Shown here piece after piece: positions 1 to 10,011 of a DNA stretch of 64,000 nucleotides. Made by a program: the position numbers and the translations under genes. The stretch is from an uncultured Lachnospiraceae bacterium (GTDB lineage: Bacteria > Bacillota > Clostridia > Eubacteriales > Eubacteriaceae): the NCBI GenBank assembly GCA_964545675.1, contig CAZJGM010000001.1:2575-66574 (forward strand), written 5' to 3'. Below the pieces are notes generated by a model that did no database searches, was not told the DNA's origin, and was given only the letters and a program-made list of their open reading frames with translations. The first letter of the stretch is position 1, and each line of letters begins with the position of its first letter.

Positions 1-1
1 C

Positions 2-805
2 AATGATCAATTGGGACTTGAGTCGATTAACCTAAACATTTACCAAGGCGAGAAAATAGCTGTCCTTGGTGCAAATGGGGCAGGCAAATCGACGCTTTTT
101 TTAAATCTCAATGGTGTTTTAAAGGCTGAGAAAGGGGAAATTTATTACCGCGACCAATTGATTGATAAAAAAAATTTAAAGCAATTGCGAAAAAATATTG
201 GCATTGTTTTTCAGGATGCCGATAGTCAGATTATTGCTTCAACGGTTCGGGCGGAAGTGGCCTTTGGGCCGATGAACTTAAAACTGCCTAAGGAAGAAGT
301 AATTGCTCGTGTTGATCAAGCCCTAAGCTATATGAATATGCTCGATTTTAAGGACCGACCACCCCATTATCTCAGCGGGGGAGAAAAAAAACGGATCAGT
401 ATCGCCGATATTATTGCCATGAAATCAGAGCTTGTTATTTTTGATGAGCCAACTGCTTCCCTTGATCCTCTTAATGCAGAGATATTAGAAGAAGTCTTGG
501 AAAAACTCAGTAAAGAAGGAAAAACCCTGCTTATTTCAACCCATGATGTCGACTTTGCCTATCGTTGGGCCGAGCGGGTCCTTGTCTTTGATAAGGGTAG
601 AATTATTGCTGATGGCAGTCCTTTAGAAATTTTTCAAGATAACGCCTTGCTTAAAAAAAGCAATCTGCTAAAGCCCCATCTGCTTAAAATCTATGAGCTC
701 CTGATTGCCAATAAAATCATCGCCGACGATGGTTATTATCCCAAAAGTATCCAAGCCTTTGAAGAGATGATTGAAGAAAAGGAACTAAAGGAAAGTGTAA
801 AATGA
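2..805 (+). CDS. cbiO: Cobalt ECF transporter ATPase CbiO (5' partial, frame open to window edge)
   Basis: Walker A GANGAGKST, Q-loop VFQDAD, signature LSGGEKKR, Walker B VIFDEPT, H-loop STHD; next to cbiQ and cobalamin genes; no stop upstream in frame. Confidence 0.9.
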   Translation, partial: NDQLGLESINLNIYQGEKIAVLGANGAGKSTLFLNLNGVLKAEKGEIYYRDQLIDKKNLKQLRKNIGIVFQDADSQIIASTVRAEVAFGPMNLKLPKEEVIARVDQALSYMNMLDFKDRPPHYLSGGEKKRISIADIIAMKSELVIFDEPTASLDPLNAEILEEVLEKLSKEGKTLLISTHDVDFAYRWAERVLVFDKGRIIADGSPLEIFQDNALLKKSNLLKPHLLKIYELLIANKIIADDGYYPKSIQAFEEMIEEKELKESVK

Positions 806-1695
806 AAGAGCTTATGGCGATGATCCTAGTGGGCGTATATATGACGGTTCTCTTGAGTGCTTACCTAAAAGAGAAAAAAGCCCAGGCTCAAGGTAAAAAA
901 CAGGCAAGAGGCCACCGCCATGGTGGGGGGATTGAGATAGATGTCTATGCCCACCAGTCGCAATTAAGAAATATTAACCCCACTGTAAAAGTAGCTTTTT
1001 CAGTGATCGTCCTGCTACTAGCCATTATTCTTGATAACCCCTTGGTATCTTTAGCAATTCTTGCGGCAATGGCCTATTTAACCATGATTAAAGGGGGGCT
1101 TTCTTTCCATAAATATTTTAGGGTGTTAACAATTCCGATAGGCTTTATTATCTTAGGAACGGTTACCATAGGCATTGAATTTTCACAAACACCGCTTTTA
1201 GACTATAGCATTCCTTTAGGGTTTTTTTATATTAATAGTTCAAAGGCCAAAATAATCGAAATGTTTTTAATGATGGTAAAGGTCTTCGCAGCTGTTTCGG
1301 CACTGCAGATGATGACCCTTACGACACCTTCAGCGGAAATTATAGGGGTGATGCGAAAAGCCCGGATGCCTAAATTAATCATTGAATTAATGAATATGAT
1401 TTATCGCTATATTTTTATTCTCTTGGAAGTTTATGGAAAAATGAAAAATTCAGCCGAATCACGACTTGGCTACATTGATTTAAAAAGGGCTTATTTTAGC
1501 TTTGCTAGTATTGCTGCAAACCTACTGGTGGTCTCGATGAAAAAAGCGACGGCTTATTATAATGCCATGGAAGCAAGGTGTTATGATGGCGATCTTGTTT
1601 TTCTGGAGGATGAGAAAAAAATTAGGCCAATAGATATTTTAGGGCCGGGAATTTTTATCCTTGCCATTATTGGGATTGCAATAATAAGCGAATAA
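802..1695 (+). CDS. cbiQ: Cobalt ECF transporter T component CbiQ with N-terminal extension
   Basis: IDVYAHQSQLR N-terminal motif, LTLTTP-like MTLTTP, IYRYIF, conserved ESRLG and AMEARCYDG Arg motifs of ECF T components; ATGA-type overlap with cbiO. Confidence 0.88.
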   Translation: MKELMAMILVGVYMTVLLSAYLKEKKAQAQGKKQARGHRHGGGIEIDVYAHQSQLRNINPTVKVAFSVIVLLLAIILDNPLVSLAILAAMAYLTMIKGGLSFHKYFRVLTIPIGFIILGTVTIGIEFSQTPLLDYSIPLGFFYINSSKAKIIEMFLMMVKVFAAVSALQMMTLTTPSAEIIGVMRKARMPKLIIELMNMIYRYIFILLEVYGKMKNSAESRLGYIDLKRAYFSFASIAANLLVVSMKKATAYYNAMEARCYDGDLVFLEDEKKIRPIDILGPGIFILAIIGIAIISE

Positions 1696-1701
1696 AAAGC
1701 A

Positions 1702-1730
1702 TGGAATGTTAAGGATTTTATGGTTATAAT
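1702..1730 (+). promoter_or_regulatory. Putative sigma-A promoter upstream of hemA
   Basis: TGGAAT-N17-TATAAT; perfect -10, weak -35. Confidence 0.35.
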
Positions 1731-1823
1731 AAAATGATTTGTTTTTCGATTGACACCCTTATATAGTCAAATGGTGTGAATGGGAAAGCAGATCAATGAT
1801 TGATGGAAAGGACGGGTGATAAG

Positions 1824-3107
1824 ATGAAATTAGTAGTTGTCGGTGTCAACCATAAAGATACACCACTTGAAATCAGAGAAAAAGGTGCCTTTATTCACCG
1901 GACTGTTAATGAGGGCATTAGTCAATTATTAGAAGAACCACCAATAAAAGAAGTTGTGATCTTATCGACTTGCAATCGTAGTGAAATATATGTAGCAACA
2001 CCATCTTGCGATCAAGCGATAGAAAGCATAAAAAATTTCTATCTCCAGGAAAAATCGCAAGAACTAAAGCCCTATCTTTTTGAAAAACAGGAGTGCCAGG
2101 CCCTTGATCATCTCTATAATGTCGTTTCCGGTTTAAACTCGATGATTTTAGGGGAAGATCAGATCCTTGGTCAAGCGAAAGAAGCCTTAGAATGGGCCCA
2201 AGCGGTTAATGGTTGTGGCAAATACCTAACAAAGATGTTTCGTGAAGCAATTACCTTTACAAAAAAAATTAAAACAAAGTATAAGATCTCAGAAACCCCC
2301 TTATCCTTAAGTTCAACAGCTGTTAAGCAGATTAAAAGGCAATTTCCCAATGATTACGACCAGAAAAAAATTCTGATTATTGGTTCAGGGAAAATGGGGA
2401 CCCTAGCCCTTCGCTATATGAAGGCGGAAGGTTTTCAAAATCCTTACATGACCAATCGGAGCTATCATCAGATGGATAACTGTCAAACAATCCATGAAAA
2501 TGTTAAACGAATCCATTATGAAGACCGTTATGCCTACTTAGAAAAAATGGATGTGGTGATTTCAGCAACTGCCTCACCCCATATTATTTTAAGGGCCGAT
2601 AAAATAAAAAAACGGCAAAAACCCTTAACCATTATTGACTTAGCCTTGCCCCGAGATATCGACCAAGAGGTTGGGACCCTTCCAATGATTGAACTTTTGA
2701 CGATTGATCATTTTAAGGATATTATGGATGAGAGCATGAATTATCGGCTGGAAGTTGCTAAAAAAATTGCCTGTGAAATTAAGGTTGAAATCGATGGCCT
2801 CTTATCTTGGATTACTCATGCTAAAGTTGATAATATGGTCAAAGAATTGCACCAAACCTCGTCACATCTGGCTGAGGAAACGATTGAGAATCTGATTGAT
2901 TATTTAAATCTTAGTGAAAAAGAAGAAAAATATTTGGCGAAAATTATCCGCTCTAAGTTTCGGAAAATGGTCATGCCACCGATTAAACAATTAAAACGAC
3001 TGGATAATGAGGAGGCCATTTGTGGGATGGAAAAAACCGTCACCTATCTTTTCCCACCCCAGCTAGAAAATTTAAGGAGGCACTGTCAGCAAGGTGATCA
3101 GTCATGA
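1824..3107 (+). CDS. hemA: Glutamyl-tRNA reductase
   Basis: VGVNHK, catalytic LSTCNRSEIY, GLNSMILGEDQILGQ, NADPH motif IIGSGKMG, IDLALPRDI; start moved to ATG at 1824. Confidence 0.93.
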   Translation: MKLVVVGVNHKDTPLEIREKGAFIHRTVNEGISQLLEEPPIKEVVILSTCNRSEIYVATPSCDQAIESIKNFYLQEKSQELKPYLFEKQECQALDHLYNVVSGLNSMILGEDQILGQAKEALEWAQAVNGCGKYLTKMFREAITFTKKIKTKYKISETPLSLSSTAVKQIKRQFPNDYDQKKILIIGSGKMGTLALRYMKAEGFQNPYMTNRSYHQMDNCQTIHENVKRIHYEDRYAYLEKMDVVISATASPHIILRADKIKKRQKPLTIIDLALPRDIDQEVGTLPMIELLTIDHFKDIMDESMNYRLEVAKKIACEIKVEIDGLLSWITHAKVDNMVKELHQTSSHLAEETIENLIDYLNLSEKEEKYLAKIIRSKFRKMVMPPIKQLKRLDNEEAICGMEKTVTYLFPPQLENLRRHCQQGDQS

Positions 3108-3733
3108 TCCCCTTGCTCCTTAATTTAAAAGATAAGGCCGTTTTAGTGGTTGGGGCAGGCTTCATTGCCACAAAAAGGGTGGTGACACTCTTAGAAGAAG
3201 GGGCGGTGGTAAGCTGTGTTGGCTTAGACATTAGTGACGAATTAAAAAAAATAGGCAGTGAGTCCTTGACCATCAGGCAAAGGAAATATCGGTCTTCGGA
3301 TCTTAAAAAAATGGACCTAGTGGTTGCGGCAACCAATGACCAGGCCCTTAATGATCAGATCAAGAAAGACTGTAAGAGGCGTTCGATTCTCTGTAGCCGG
3401 GCTGATTGCCACCAAGATTCTGATGTGATTTTTCCAGCCGTGATTCGACGAGGAAAATTAACCTTATCGGTATCGACCCAGGGAGCTAGCCCCTCATTGA
3501 CCAAAGAAATTGCCCAGTCTCTTTCAAAGCAGTATGATGAGACCTATGCTGAACGTTTGGACTTATTGAGTATCTTGCGCAGGGAGATCTTAAAGGAAAA
3601 AAAGCCTGACCAGCAAAAGATTTTAAAGGAATTAAGCAAAGAACCCTTAAGTGAATTAAGAAAAAAAGTTAAAGAAAGTGATCATTTACTAGCAGATAAC
3701 AATAAAAAAACAGGAGAGATAAATGATAATTAG
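3104..3733 (+). CDS. sirC: Precorrin-2 dehydrogenase (SirC/CysG N-terminal/Met8-like)
   Basis: VLVVGAGFIATKR Rossmann motif, VVAATND, FPAVIRRG, VSTQGASPSL. Confidence 0.85.
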   Translation: MIPLLLNLKDKAVLVVGAGFIATKRVVTLLEEGAVVSCVGLDISDELKKIGSESLTIRQRKYRSSDLKKMDLVVAATNDQALNDQIKKDCKRRSILCSRADCHQDSDVIFPAVIRRGKLTLSVSTQGASPSLTKEIAQSLSKQYDETYAERLDLLSILRREILKEKKPDQQKILKELSKEPLSELRKKVKESDHLLADNNKKTGEINDN

Positions 3734-6149
3734 AGTCGGAACACGGGGAAGCAAGCTTGCTAAAACCCAGAGTTTGTGGTTATTGGATACTTTAAAGAAA
3801 GCCCATCCCCAAATCGAATTTGAAATCGTGATCATTAAGACCAAGGGTGACTTAATTCAACATAAAGCCCTTGATAAGATTGGTGATAAGGGCTTGTTTA
3901 CCAAGGAGTTAGAAGAGGCTCTTTTATCTGGTGAAATCGATATGGCGGTTCACTCAATGAAGGATATGCCCTCTAAACTCCCTGAGGGCTTAAGTTTAAC
4001 AGTTCCACCCTTGCGAGAAGATCCCAGAGATGTTTTATTAACACCCCACCCAATCAAAAGCCTTAGTGACTTACCCCAAGGGGCCATTATTGCCACTGGT
4101 AGTAAGCGGCGTATTTATCAATTAAAGGCTGAGCGACCTGATCTTGAGCTAGTCGGGATACGAGGGAACATTGATACCCGGATCCGAAAAATGCATGAGC
4201 AAAAATTAGATGGGATTATCTTGGCGGCAGCTGGACTAAAACGGATTGATCGTTTTGAATCTGACGATTATTATAGTATTCCCCTTGAGGAAAGTGCCTT
4301 TATTCCAGCACCGGCCCAAGGGATCTTGGCGGTTGAAATTAAAGATGATAATCAGTTGGTTAGAAATTTAATGGAAGGGATAAAAGATGAAAAAGCCCTC
4401 ATTCAGATGAAAGGCGAGCGAAGTTTTTTAAAAGCCCTTAATGGCAGTTGCCATATCCCAGTCGGTGCTTATTGTGAAATAAAAGACCAATCGCTGATTA
4501 CTATTTATGGTCTTTATGGAAAAGAAGATGGGTCTGCCCTTGTCCGCCAATCAATCACAGGACCGATTGAGGAAGCCGAAAATTTAGGCATCGCCTTAGC
4601 CAAAGCCTGTTACGGGCAAGTCCACCAAAAGAAGGGGCGAGTCTACCTAGCCGGTGGTGGCTGTGGCGACCCGGGACTAATTACCGTAAAAGCGATGGAA
4701 ATTTTAAAAAAAGCCGATCTTATCGTCTATGATGCCTTGGTTAATCCAGTTTTTCTCGATTACGCCCGCCAAGATGCACAAATTATTTATGTCGGTAAGC
4801 GTGCCGCAAACCATGCCATGCCTCAAGAAAAGATTAATCAGTTGCTGATTAAAGAAGCCATAGCAGGAAAATTAGTGATTCGCCTTAAGGGAGGGGACCC
4901 CTATGTTTTTGGGCGCGGCGGGGAAGAAGGTGAAGATCTTTATGATGCTGGTATTCCTTTTGAAGTAATTCCCGGTATCACCTCAGCCATTGGGGGCCTA
5001 GCCTATGCCGGGATTCCCATTACCCACCGGGATGCGACCTCATCCTTTCATGTGATCACCGGTCATTTAAAAGCCGATGCTGACGATCTGGATTGGCCAG
5101 TCCTGGCAAAACTAAAAGGGACCCTTGTTTTTTTAATGGGGGTCAAAAATTTAAAGAAAATTTGCCATGAATTAATTAAAAACGGCATGGACCCCCAAAT
5201 GCCAGTTGCCCTAGTCCACCAGGCCTCAACGCCTAAGCAGCGAACGGTGACGGGAAAGCTAGAGACTATTTATGGGCTTGCGACAAAAGCAAAAATTACC
5301 GCTCCCAGCTTGATTGTTGTCGGTGAGGTGGTAGGAAAACGTCAAAAACTTAATTTTTTTGAAAGCAAACCATTGTTTGGGAAAAACATTATTGTTACCC
5401 GGTCAAGGGTCCAAAGTTCAGAGATGTCCGAGCAGATTAGAGCCTTAGGGGGGAATCCGATTGAATACCCAACCATTAAAATTGTGCCCATCAACCAAGC
5501 AGCTTGTGATGAGAGAGTCCGAAAAATAGGCGATTATAGCCATATTATCTTTACCAGTATCAATGGGGTTGAGGTTTTTTTTGATAGCATTAAACGGTGT
5601 GGCAAGGATGCCCGGATCTTTGGCCACTTGCATATCACTGTTATTGGCGAAGGGACCAGAAAAGCCCTTAAAGAGAGAGGCTTAGAGGCTGATTTTGTCC
5701 CCCAAAAGTATATTGGCGAAGAATTAGTTGAGGGCTTGATCCCGCTTTTAGACAAGGATTCAAAGATTTTATTAGCCCGGTCAAAAAATGCCCGGACCTA
5801 TGTGGCCGAGGAATTATCAAAAATCTGCGATGTCGATGAAATCCATAGTTACCAAACAATCCGTGAAGACCATCAGGATATTGATCTACCAGCACTCCTT
5901 GACCAAAATGAAATTGACTATATTAGCTTTACCAGTTCGACAACGGTTGAGTATTTTTTAGAAAAAGTTGGTCCGTCCTACTTAGAGGCAATTAATCGGG
6001 CTAAAAGTATTTCAATTGGCCCGCAGACCTCACAAAAAGCCCTTGATTTGGGGATTAAAGTTGATGTCCAAGCCCAAGAATACACGATTCCAGGCATTAT
6101 TGAGGCACTCCTTCAAGATGTAAAAAAGAGTGCAGAAAGAGAGAAATAA
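3723..6149 (+). CDS. hemC: Trifunctional hydroxymethylbilane synthase / uroporphyrinogen-III C-methyltransferase / uroporphyrinogen-III synthase (HemC-CobA-HemD fusion)
   Basis: HemC motifs GTRGSKLA, KGLFTKELE, VHSMKDMP, GSCHIPVG; SUMT motifs GDPGLIT, RLKGGDPYVFGRGGEE, IPGITSA; HemD motifs IIVTRS, FTSINGV, FTSSTTV, SIGPQTS; single uninterrupted 808-aa ORF. Confidence 0.92.
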   Translation: MIIRVGTRGSKLAKTQSLWLLDTLKKAHPQIEFEIVIIKTKGDLIQHKALDKIGDKGLFTKELEEALLSGEIDMAVHSMKDMPSKLPEGLSLTVPPLREDPRDVLLTPHPIKSLSDLPQGAIIATGSKRRIYQLKAERPDLELVGIRGNIDTRIRKMHEQKLDGIILAAAGLKRIDRFESDDYYSIPLEESAFIPAPAQGILAVEIKDDNQLVRNLMEGIKDEKALIQMKGERSFLKALNGSCHIPVGAYCEIKDQSLITIYGLYGKEDGSALVRQSITGPIEEAENLGIALAKACYGQVHQKKGRVYLAGGGCGDPGLITVKAMEILKKADLIVYDALVNPVFLDYARQDAQIIYVGKRAANHAMPQEKINQLLIKEAIAGKLVIRLKGGDPYVFGRGGEEGEDLYDAGIPFEVIPGITSAIGGLAYAGIPITHRDATSSFHVITGHLKADADDLDWPVLAKLKGTLVFLMGVKNLKKICHELIKNGMDPQMPVALVHQASTPKQRTVTGKLETIYGLATKAKITAPSLIVVGEVVGKRQKLNFFESKPLFGKNIIVTRSRVQSSEMSEQIRALGGNPIEYPTIKIVPINQAACDERVRKIGDYSHIIFTSINGVEVFFDSIKRCGKDARIFGHLHITVIGEGTRKALKERGLEADFVPQKYIGEELVEGLIPLLDKDSKILLARSKNARTYVAEELSKICDVDEIHSYQTIREDHQDIDLPALLDQNEIDYISFTSSTTVEYFLEKVGPSYLEAINRAKSISIGPQTSQKALDLGIKVDVQAQEYTIPGIIEALLQDVKKSAEREK

Positions 6150-6150
6150 A

Positions 6151-7116
6151 ATGTTACCAACACGCTTACGTAAAAATGCCGGCATTAGAAATTTAATTAG
6201 AGAAACGAATTTATCGATGGAGGATGTCATTTACCCCTTATTTATTGTTGATGGATCGGGAATCCGCCGGGAAATTTCATCCATGCGGGGACAATACCAC
6301 CTGTCTCTCGATGTTTTAGAAAAGGAAATTATCGCCTTAAAGGAATTAGGGATTCGTTACCTGATCTTGTTTGGTGTTCCCGATGAAAAAGATGAAATGG
6401 CTATGCCAGCATTTTCTGAACATGGCTTGGTCCAATCGGCCATTCGGTTGATTAAAAAAGTCGATCCAGCTATGTATGTAATCACCGATGTTTGCTTATG
6501 TGAATATAAAAGTGATGGCCATTGTTGTTTTTTTGAAGAAAATGGCGAGATCCAACGGGGGAAGACCTTAGAGATCCTCAGTAAGGCGGCCCTTAGCCAT
6601 GTAATCGCCGGGGCTGATATGGTGGCCCCATCGGATATGATGGATGGTCGGATTGGCCATATGCGAAAGACCTTGGATAACAGTGGCTTTGAATCAATCC
6701 CAATTATGTCTTATGCAGCCAAGTATGCCTCAAGTTTTTATGGGCCTTTTAGAGAAGCGGCCCATTCGGCTCCAAGCTTTGGTGATCGCAAGGCTTATCA
6801 AATGGATCCGGCCAATTCCCGAGAAGCCCTAAAAGAGGTAGCTTTGGATATTGAAGAAGGGGCTGATATTGTGATGGTCAAACCGGCCATGCCTTATTTG
6901 GATATACTGGTTAAAGCTAAGGAACTGTCTTATTTGCCAATGGCGGCCTATCAGGTCAGTGGTGAGTACGCCATGATTCGAAATGCCGTCGATCAAGGCT
7001 TAATGGATGAGCGAGCAATTTTTGAGAGCTTAATTAGTATTAAGCGGGCAGGTGCGGATATGATTATCACTTATTTCGCCAAAGACCTTAAAGAAATGAT
7101 TAAGACCTATCAATAG
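6151..7116 (+). CDS. hemB: Porphobilinogen synthase (delta-aminolevulinate dehydratase)
   Basis: Zn-binding DVCLCEYKSDGHC, APSDMMDGRI, AKYASSFYGPFREA, Schiff-base VMVKPA. Confidence 0.95.
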   Translation: MLPTRLRKNAGIRNLIRETNLSMEDVIYPLFIVDGSGIRREISSMRGQYHLSLDVLEKEIIALKELGIRYLILFGVPDEKDEMAMPAFSEHGLVQSAIRLIKKVDPAMYVITDVCLCEYKSDGHCCFFEENGEIQRGKTLEILSKAALSHVIAGADMVAPSDMMDGRIGHMRKTLDNSGFESIPIMSYAAKYASSFYGPFREAAHSAPSFGDRKAYQMDPANSREALKEVALDIEEGADIVMVKPAMPYLDILVKAKELSYLPMAAYQVSGEYAMIRNAVDQGLMDERAIFESLISIKRAGADMIITYFAKDLKEMIKTYQ

Positions 7117-7134
7117 GTGTGAAGGCTTAGAGAA

Positions 7135-8436
7135 ATGGAGAAGAAAGTGAGTCGAAAAAAATCAGAACGATTGTTTAATGAAGCTGAAAAAATTATTCCT
7201 GGTGGGGTTAATAGTCCGGTCCGAGCCTTTAAAGCCGTTAATATGCCACCGGTTTTTATCGATCGGGGGGAAGGCTCTAAGATTATTGATATCGATGGCA
7301 ATGCCTATATTGACTACATTTGCTCATGGGGACCACTTATTTTAGGTCATGCCTCACCGATTTATTTTCAGGGGATTAAAGAAGCCCTTGAAAAAGGAAC
7401 AAGCTATGGGGCTCCGACAGAAATTGAAGTGACCATGGCCAAGACGATCACCCAGGCTTACCCATCGATGGAGATGGTTCGGATGGTCAATTCAGGAACA
7501 GAGGCGACCATGAGTGCCTTGCGACTGGCCCGAGGCTATACTGGCCGTGATAAGATTATTAAGTTTGAAGGCTGTTATCATGGCCATGGTGATGCTCTCT
7601 TGGTAAAATCAGGATCAGGAACCTTAACCTATGGGGTCCCCACTAGTGCAGGGGTGCCCATTGGCACGGCCAAGGATACCCTAGTGGCTGTCTACAATGA
7701 TTTAGAGTCGGTAAAAACTCTGTTTAATGAAAATAAAGGTGAAATTGCCGGGGTGATTATTGAACCGGTTGCTGGAAATATGGGCGTTGTCCCCCCCAAC
7801 TTAGAATTCCTAAAAGGCCTTCGAGACCTTACTAAAGCAGAGGATGCCCTGCTTATCTTTGACGAGGTGATCAGCGGATTTCGCCTAGCTTATGGTGGGG
7901 CCCAGGCTTATTTTGGCATTAGACCAGACATTACCACCCTGGGTAAAATTATTGGCGGTGGCATGCCAGTAGGAGCCTATGGGGGGCGGCGGGATATTAT
8001 GGAAGAGATTGCCCCCCTAGGTGGGGTCTACCAGGCCGGGACCTTATCGGGCAACCCGATTGCCATGACAATGGGCCTTAATACCCTCAATCATTTAAAG
8101 CAACATCCGGAAATTTATGATGATTTAGAAAATAAGGCCAAGATCTTAGAAGCGGGCTTTAATGAAAATGTCAAAAAAACAGGGGCCAAGGCCCAGATGG
8201 TCAGACTCGGTGGGATGACCTGTTTTTTCTTTACTGATGCCCCGATCACCGGTTATGCAGCCGTTATGGGGTCGGATACCAAGGCTTATGCTAAGTATTT
8301 TAGAGAGATGCTAAATTTAGGCAACCTCTTGCCACCGGCCCAATTTGAGGGGCTCTTCCTCTCGACGGCCCATACCGAGGCTGATCTTGAAAAAACAATT
8401 GGTAACCATTATCAGGCCCTAAAAAATATCATTTAA
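7135..8436 (+). CDS. hemL: Glutamate-1-semialdehyde 2,1-aminomutase
   Basis: PGGVNSPVRAF, SWGPLILGH, NSGTEATM, FEGCYHGH, PLP Lys in LGKIIGGGMP, YQAGTLSGNP. Confidence 0.96.
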   Translation: MEKKVSRKKSERLFNEAEKIIPGGVNSPVRAFKAVNMPPVFIDRGEGSKIIDIDGNAYIDYICSWGPLILGHASPIYFQGIKEALEKGTSYGAPTEIEVTMAKTITQAYPSMEMVRMVNSGTEATMSALRLARGYTGRDKIIKFEGCYHGHGDALLVKSGSGTLTYGVPTSAGVPIGTAKDTLVAVYNDLESVKTLFNENKGEIAGVIIEPVAGNMGVVPPNLEFLKGLRDLTKAEDALLIFDEVISGFRLAYGGAQAYFGIRPDITTLGKIIGGGMPVGAYGGRRDIMEEIAPLGGVYQAGTLSGNPIAMTMGLNTLNHLKQHPEIYDDLENKAKILEAGFNENVKKTGAKAQMVRLGGMTCFFFTDAPITGYAAVMGSDTKAYAKYFREMLNLGNLLPPAQFEGLFLSTAHTEADLEKTIGNHYQALKNII

Positions 8437-8450
8437 TTGAGGAGATTGAC

Positions 8451-9236
8451 ATGACTAAGAAAGCATTATTGGTTATTAGTTTTGGGACATCCTATCCTGA
8501 GACTCGAAAAAAAACGATTGAGGCAACCGAGCAGCTGTTAAAAGAAGCTTATCCCGACCATGATTTTTACCGGGCCTTTACCTCCAGAATAATCGTTAGA
8601 AAATTAAAAAAAAGAGATGGGCTCTTAATTGATTTACCTAAAGAGGCCCTTGAAAAATTAAAAGAGGCTGGCTACAAGCAAGTTATTTGCCAGACCACCC
8701 ATATTATTAATGGCTATGAATATGATATCACCCTTAACGAGTTAAAAGCCTTTGAAGAAGACTTTGATTGTTTAAAACTTGGCAAACCATTGTTAACAAG
8801 TAGTGAGGATTATAAAAAAACGATGGATATCTTAGTTAAGGCCATGCCCAGCCTTAAGGCGGATGAGGCCTTAGTCTATATGGGACACGGTAGTGACCAC
8901 CATGCCAATTCCACCTATCCGTGCATGGATTATATCTTTAAACACCATGGCTATAAGAATATTTATATGGCAACGGTGGAAGGTTTTCCCGAACTTGGCG
9001 ATATTATCCCCCAATTAAAACAGTATCGAAAAATTATTTTAGCACCCTTTATGCTAGTAGCTGGCGACCATGCCATTAACGATATGGCCAGTGATGATGA
9101 GGATTCATGGAAAAGTCAATTGCTCAAGGAGGGATTTGAAGTAGAGCTGATCCTAAAAGGATTAGGCGAATATAGGGAAATCCAAGAATTATTTCTAGAA
9201 CATTTAAAAGAAGCAAAATCAGTTACCAGACTATAA
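8451..9236 (+). CDS. cbiK: Sirohydrochlorin cobaltochelatase CbiK
   Basis: LLVISFGTS, RAFTS, MGHGS, TVEGFP, PFMLVAGDHAINDMA. Confidence 0.93.
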   Translation: MTKKALLVISFGTSYPETRKKTIEATEQLLKEAYPDHDFYRAFTSRIIVRKLKKRDGLLIDLPKEALEKLKEAGYKQVICQTTHIINGYEYDITLNELKAFEEDFDCLKLGKPLLTSSEDYKKTMDILVKAMPSLKADEALVYMGHGSDHHANSTYPCMDYIFKHHGYKNIYMATVEGFPELGDIIPQLKQYRKIILAPFMLVAGDHAINDMASDDEDSWKSQLLKEGFEVELILKGLGEYREIQELFLEHLKEAKSVTRL

Positions 9237-9252
9237 GCATAGAGGAGAAAAG

Positions 9253-10011
9253 ATGAATAGCGTTTATTTAGTAGGAGCGGGTCCGGGGGATCCGGAATTA
9301 ATCACGGTCAAAGGCCAGCGGATTGTCAATCAGGCCGACATCATTATTTATGCCGGTTCCTTGGTTAATAAGGCCATTATTGGCGGCCATAAGAAGGATG
9401 CCGAGATTTTTAATTCTGCGTCGATGACCTTAGATGAGGTTATTGCCGTGATTGAAAGAGGAACAAAAGAAGGTAAAAAAATTGCCCGGGTCCATACTGG
9501 CGATCCCTCGATTTATGGGGCCATCAGAGAACAGATGGACCGCCTTGATAAGCTGGGAATCCCCTTTGAAGTGGTGCCTGGGGTAAGCTCTTTCGTTGCA
9601 TCGGCAGCGGCCCTAAAAAAAGAGTTTACCCTGCCCGATGTCTCACAGACGGTCATTTGTACTCGCCTAGAGGGACGAACACCGGTTCCAGAGAAAGAAA
9701 AATTGGAAGATTTAGCAATCCACCAGGCCTCAATGGCGATCTTTTTATCGGTTCAAATGATCGATGATGTGGTTAGCCGCTTGCTCAGCCATTATTCACC
9801 CAAAACCCCGGTGGCTGTTGTTCAACGAGCGACCTGGGAAGACCAAAAAATTGTTTTAGGAACCCTCGAGACGATCGCTGAAAAAGTAAAAAATGAAAAA
9901 ATCACTAAAACAGCTCAGATCCTAGTTGGTGATTTTTTGGGAGACGATTATAGTTTATCCAAACTTTATGACCCCCACTTTAGCCATGAATACCGAAAAG
10001 GGATCAAGTGA
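9253..10011 (+). CDS. cbiF: Cobalt-precorrin-4 C11-methyltransferase
   Basis: VGAGPGDPELITVKG, YAGSLV, RVHTGDPSIYGA, SQTVICTR, SKLYD. Confidence 0.93.
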   Translation: MNSVYLVGAGPGDPELITVKGQRIVNQADIIIYAGSLVNKAIIGGHKKDAEIFNSASMTLDEVIAVIERGTKEGKKIARVHTGDPSIYGAIREQMDRLDKLGIPFEVVPGVSSFVASAAALKKEFTLPDVSQTVICTRLEGRTPVPEKEKLEDLAIHQASMAIFLSVQMIDDVVSRLLSHYSPKTPVAVVQRATWEDQKIVLGTLETIAEKVKNEKITKTAQILVGDFLGDDYSLSKLYDPHFSHEYRKGIK

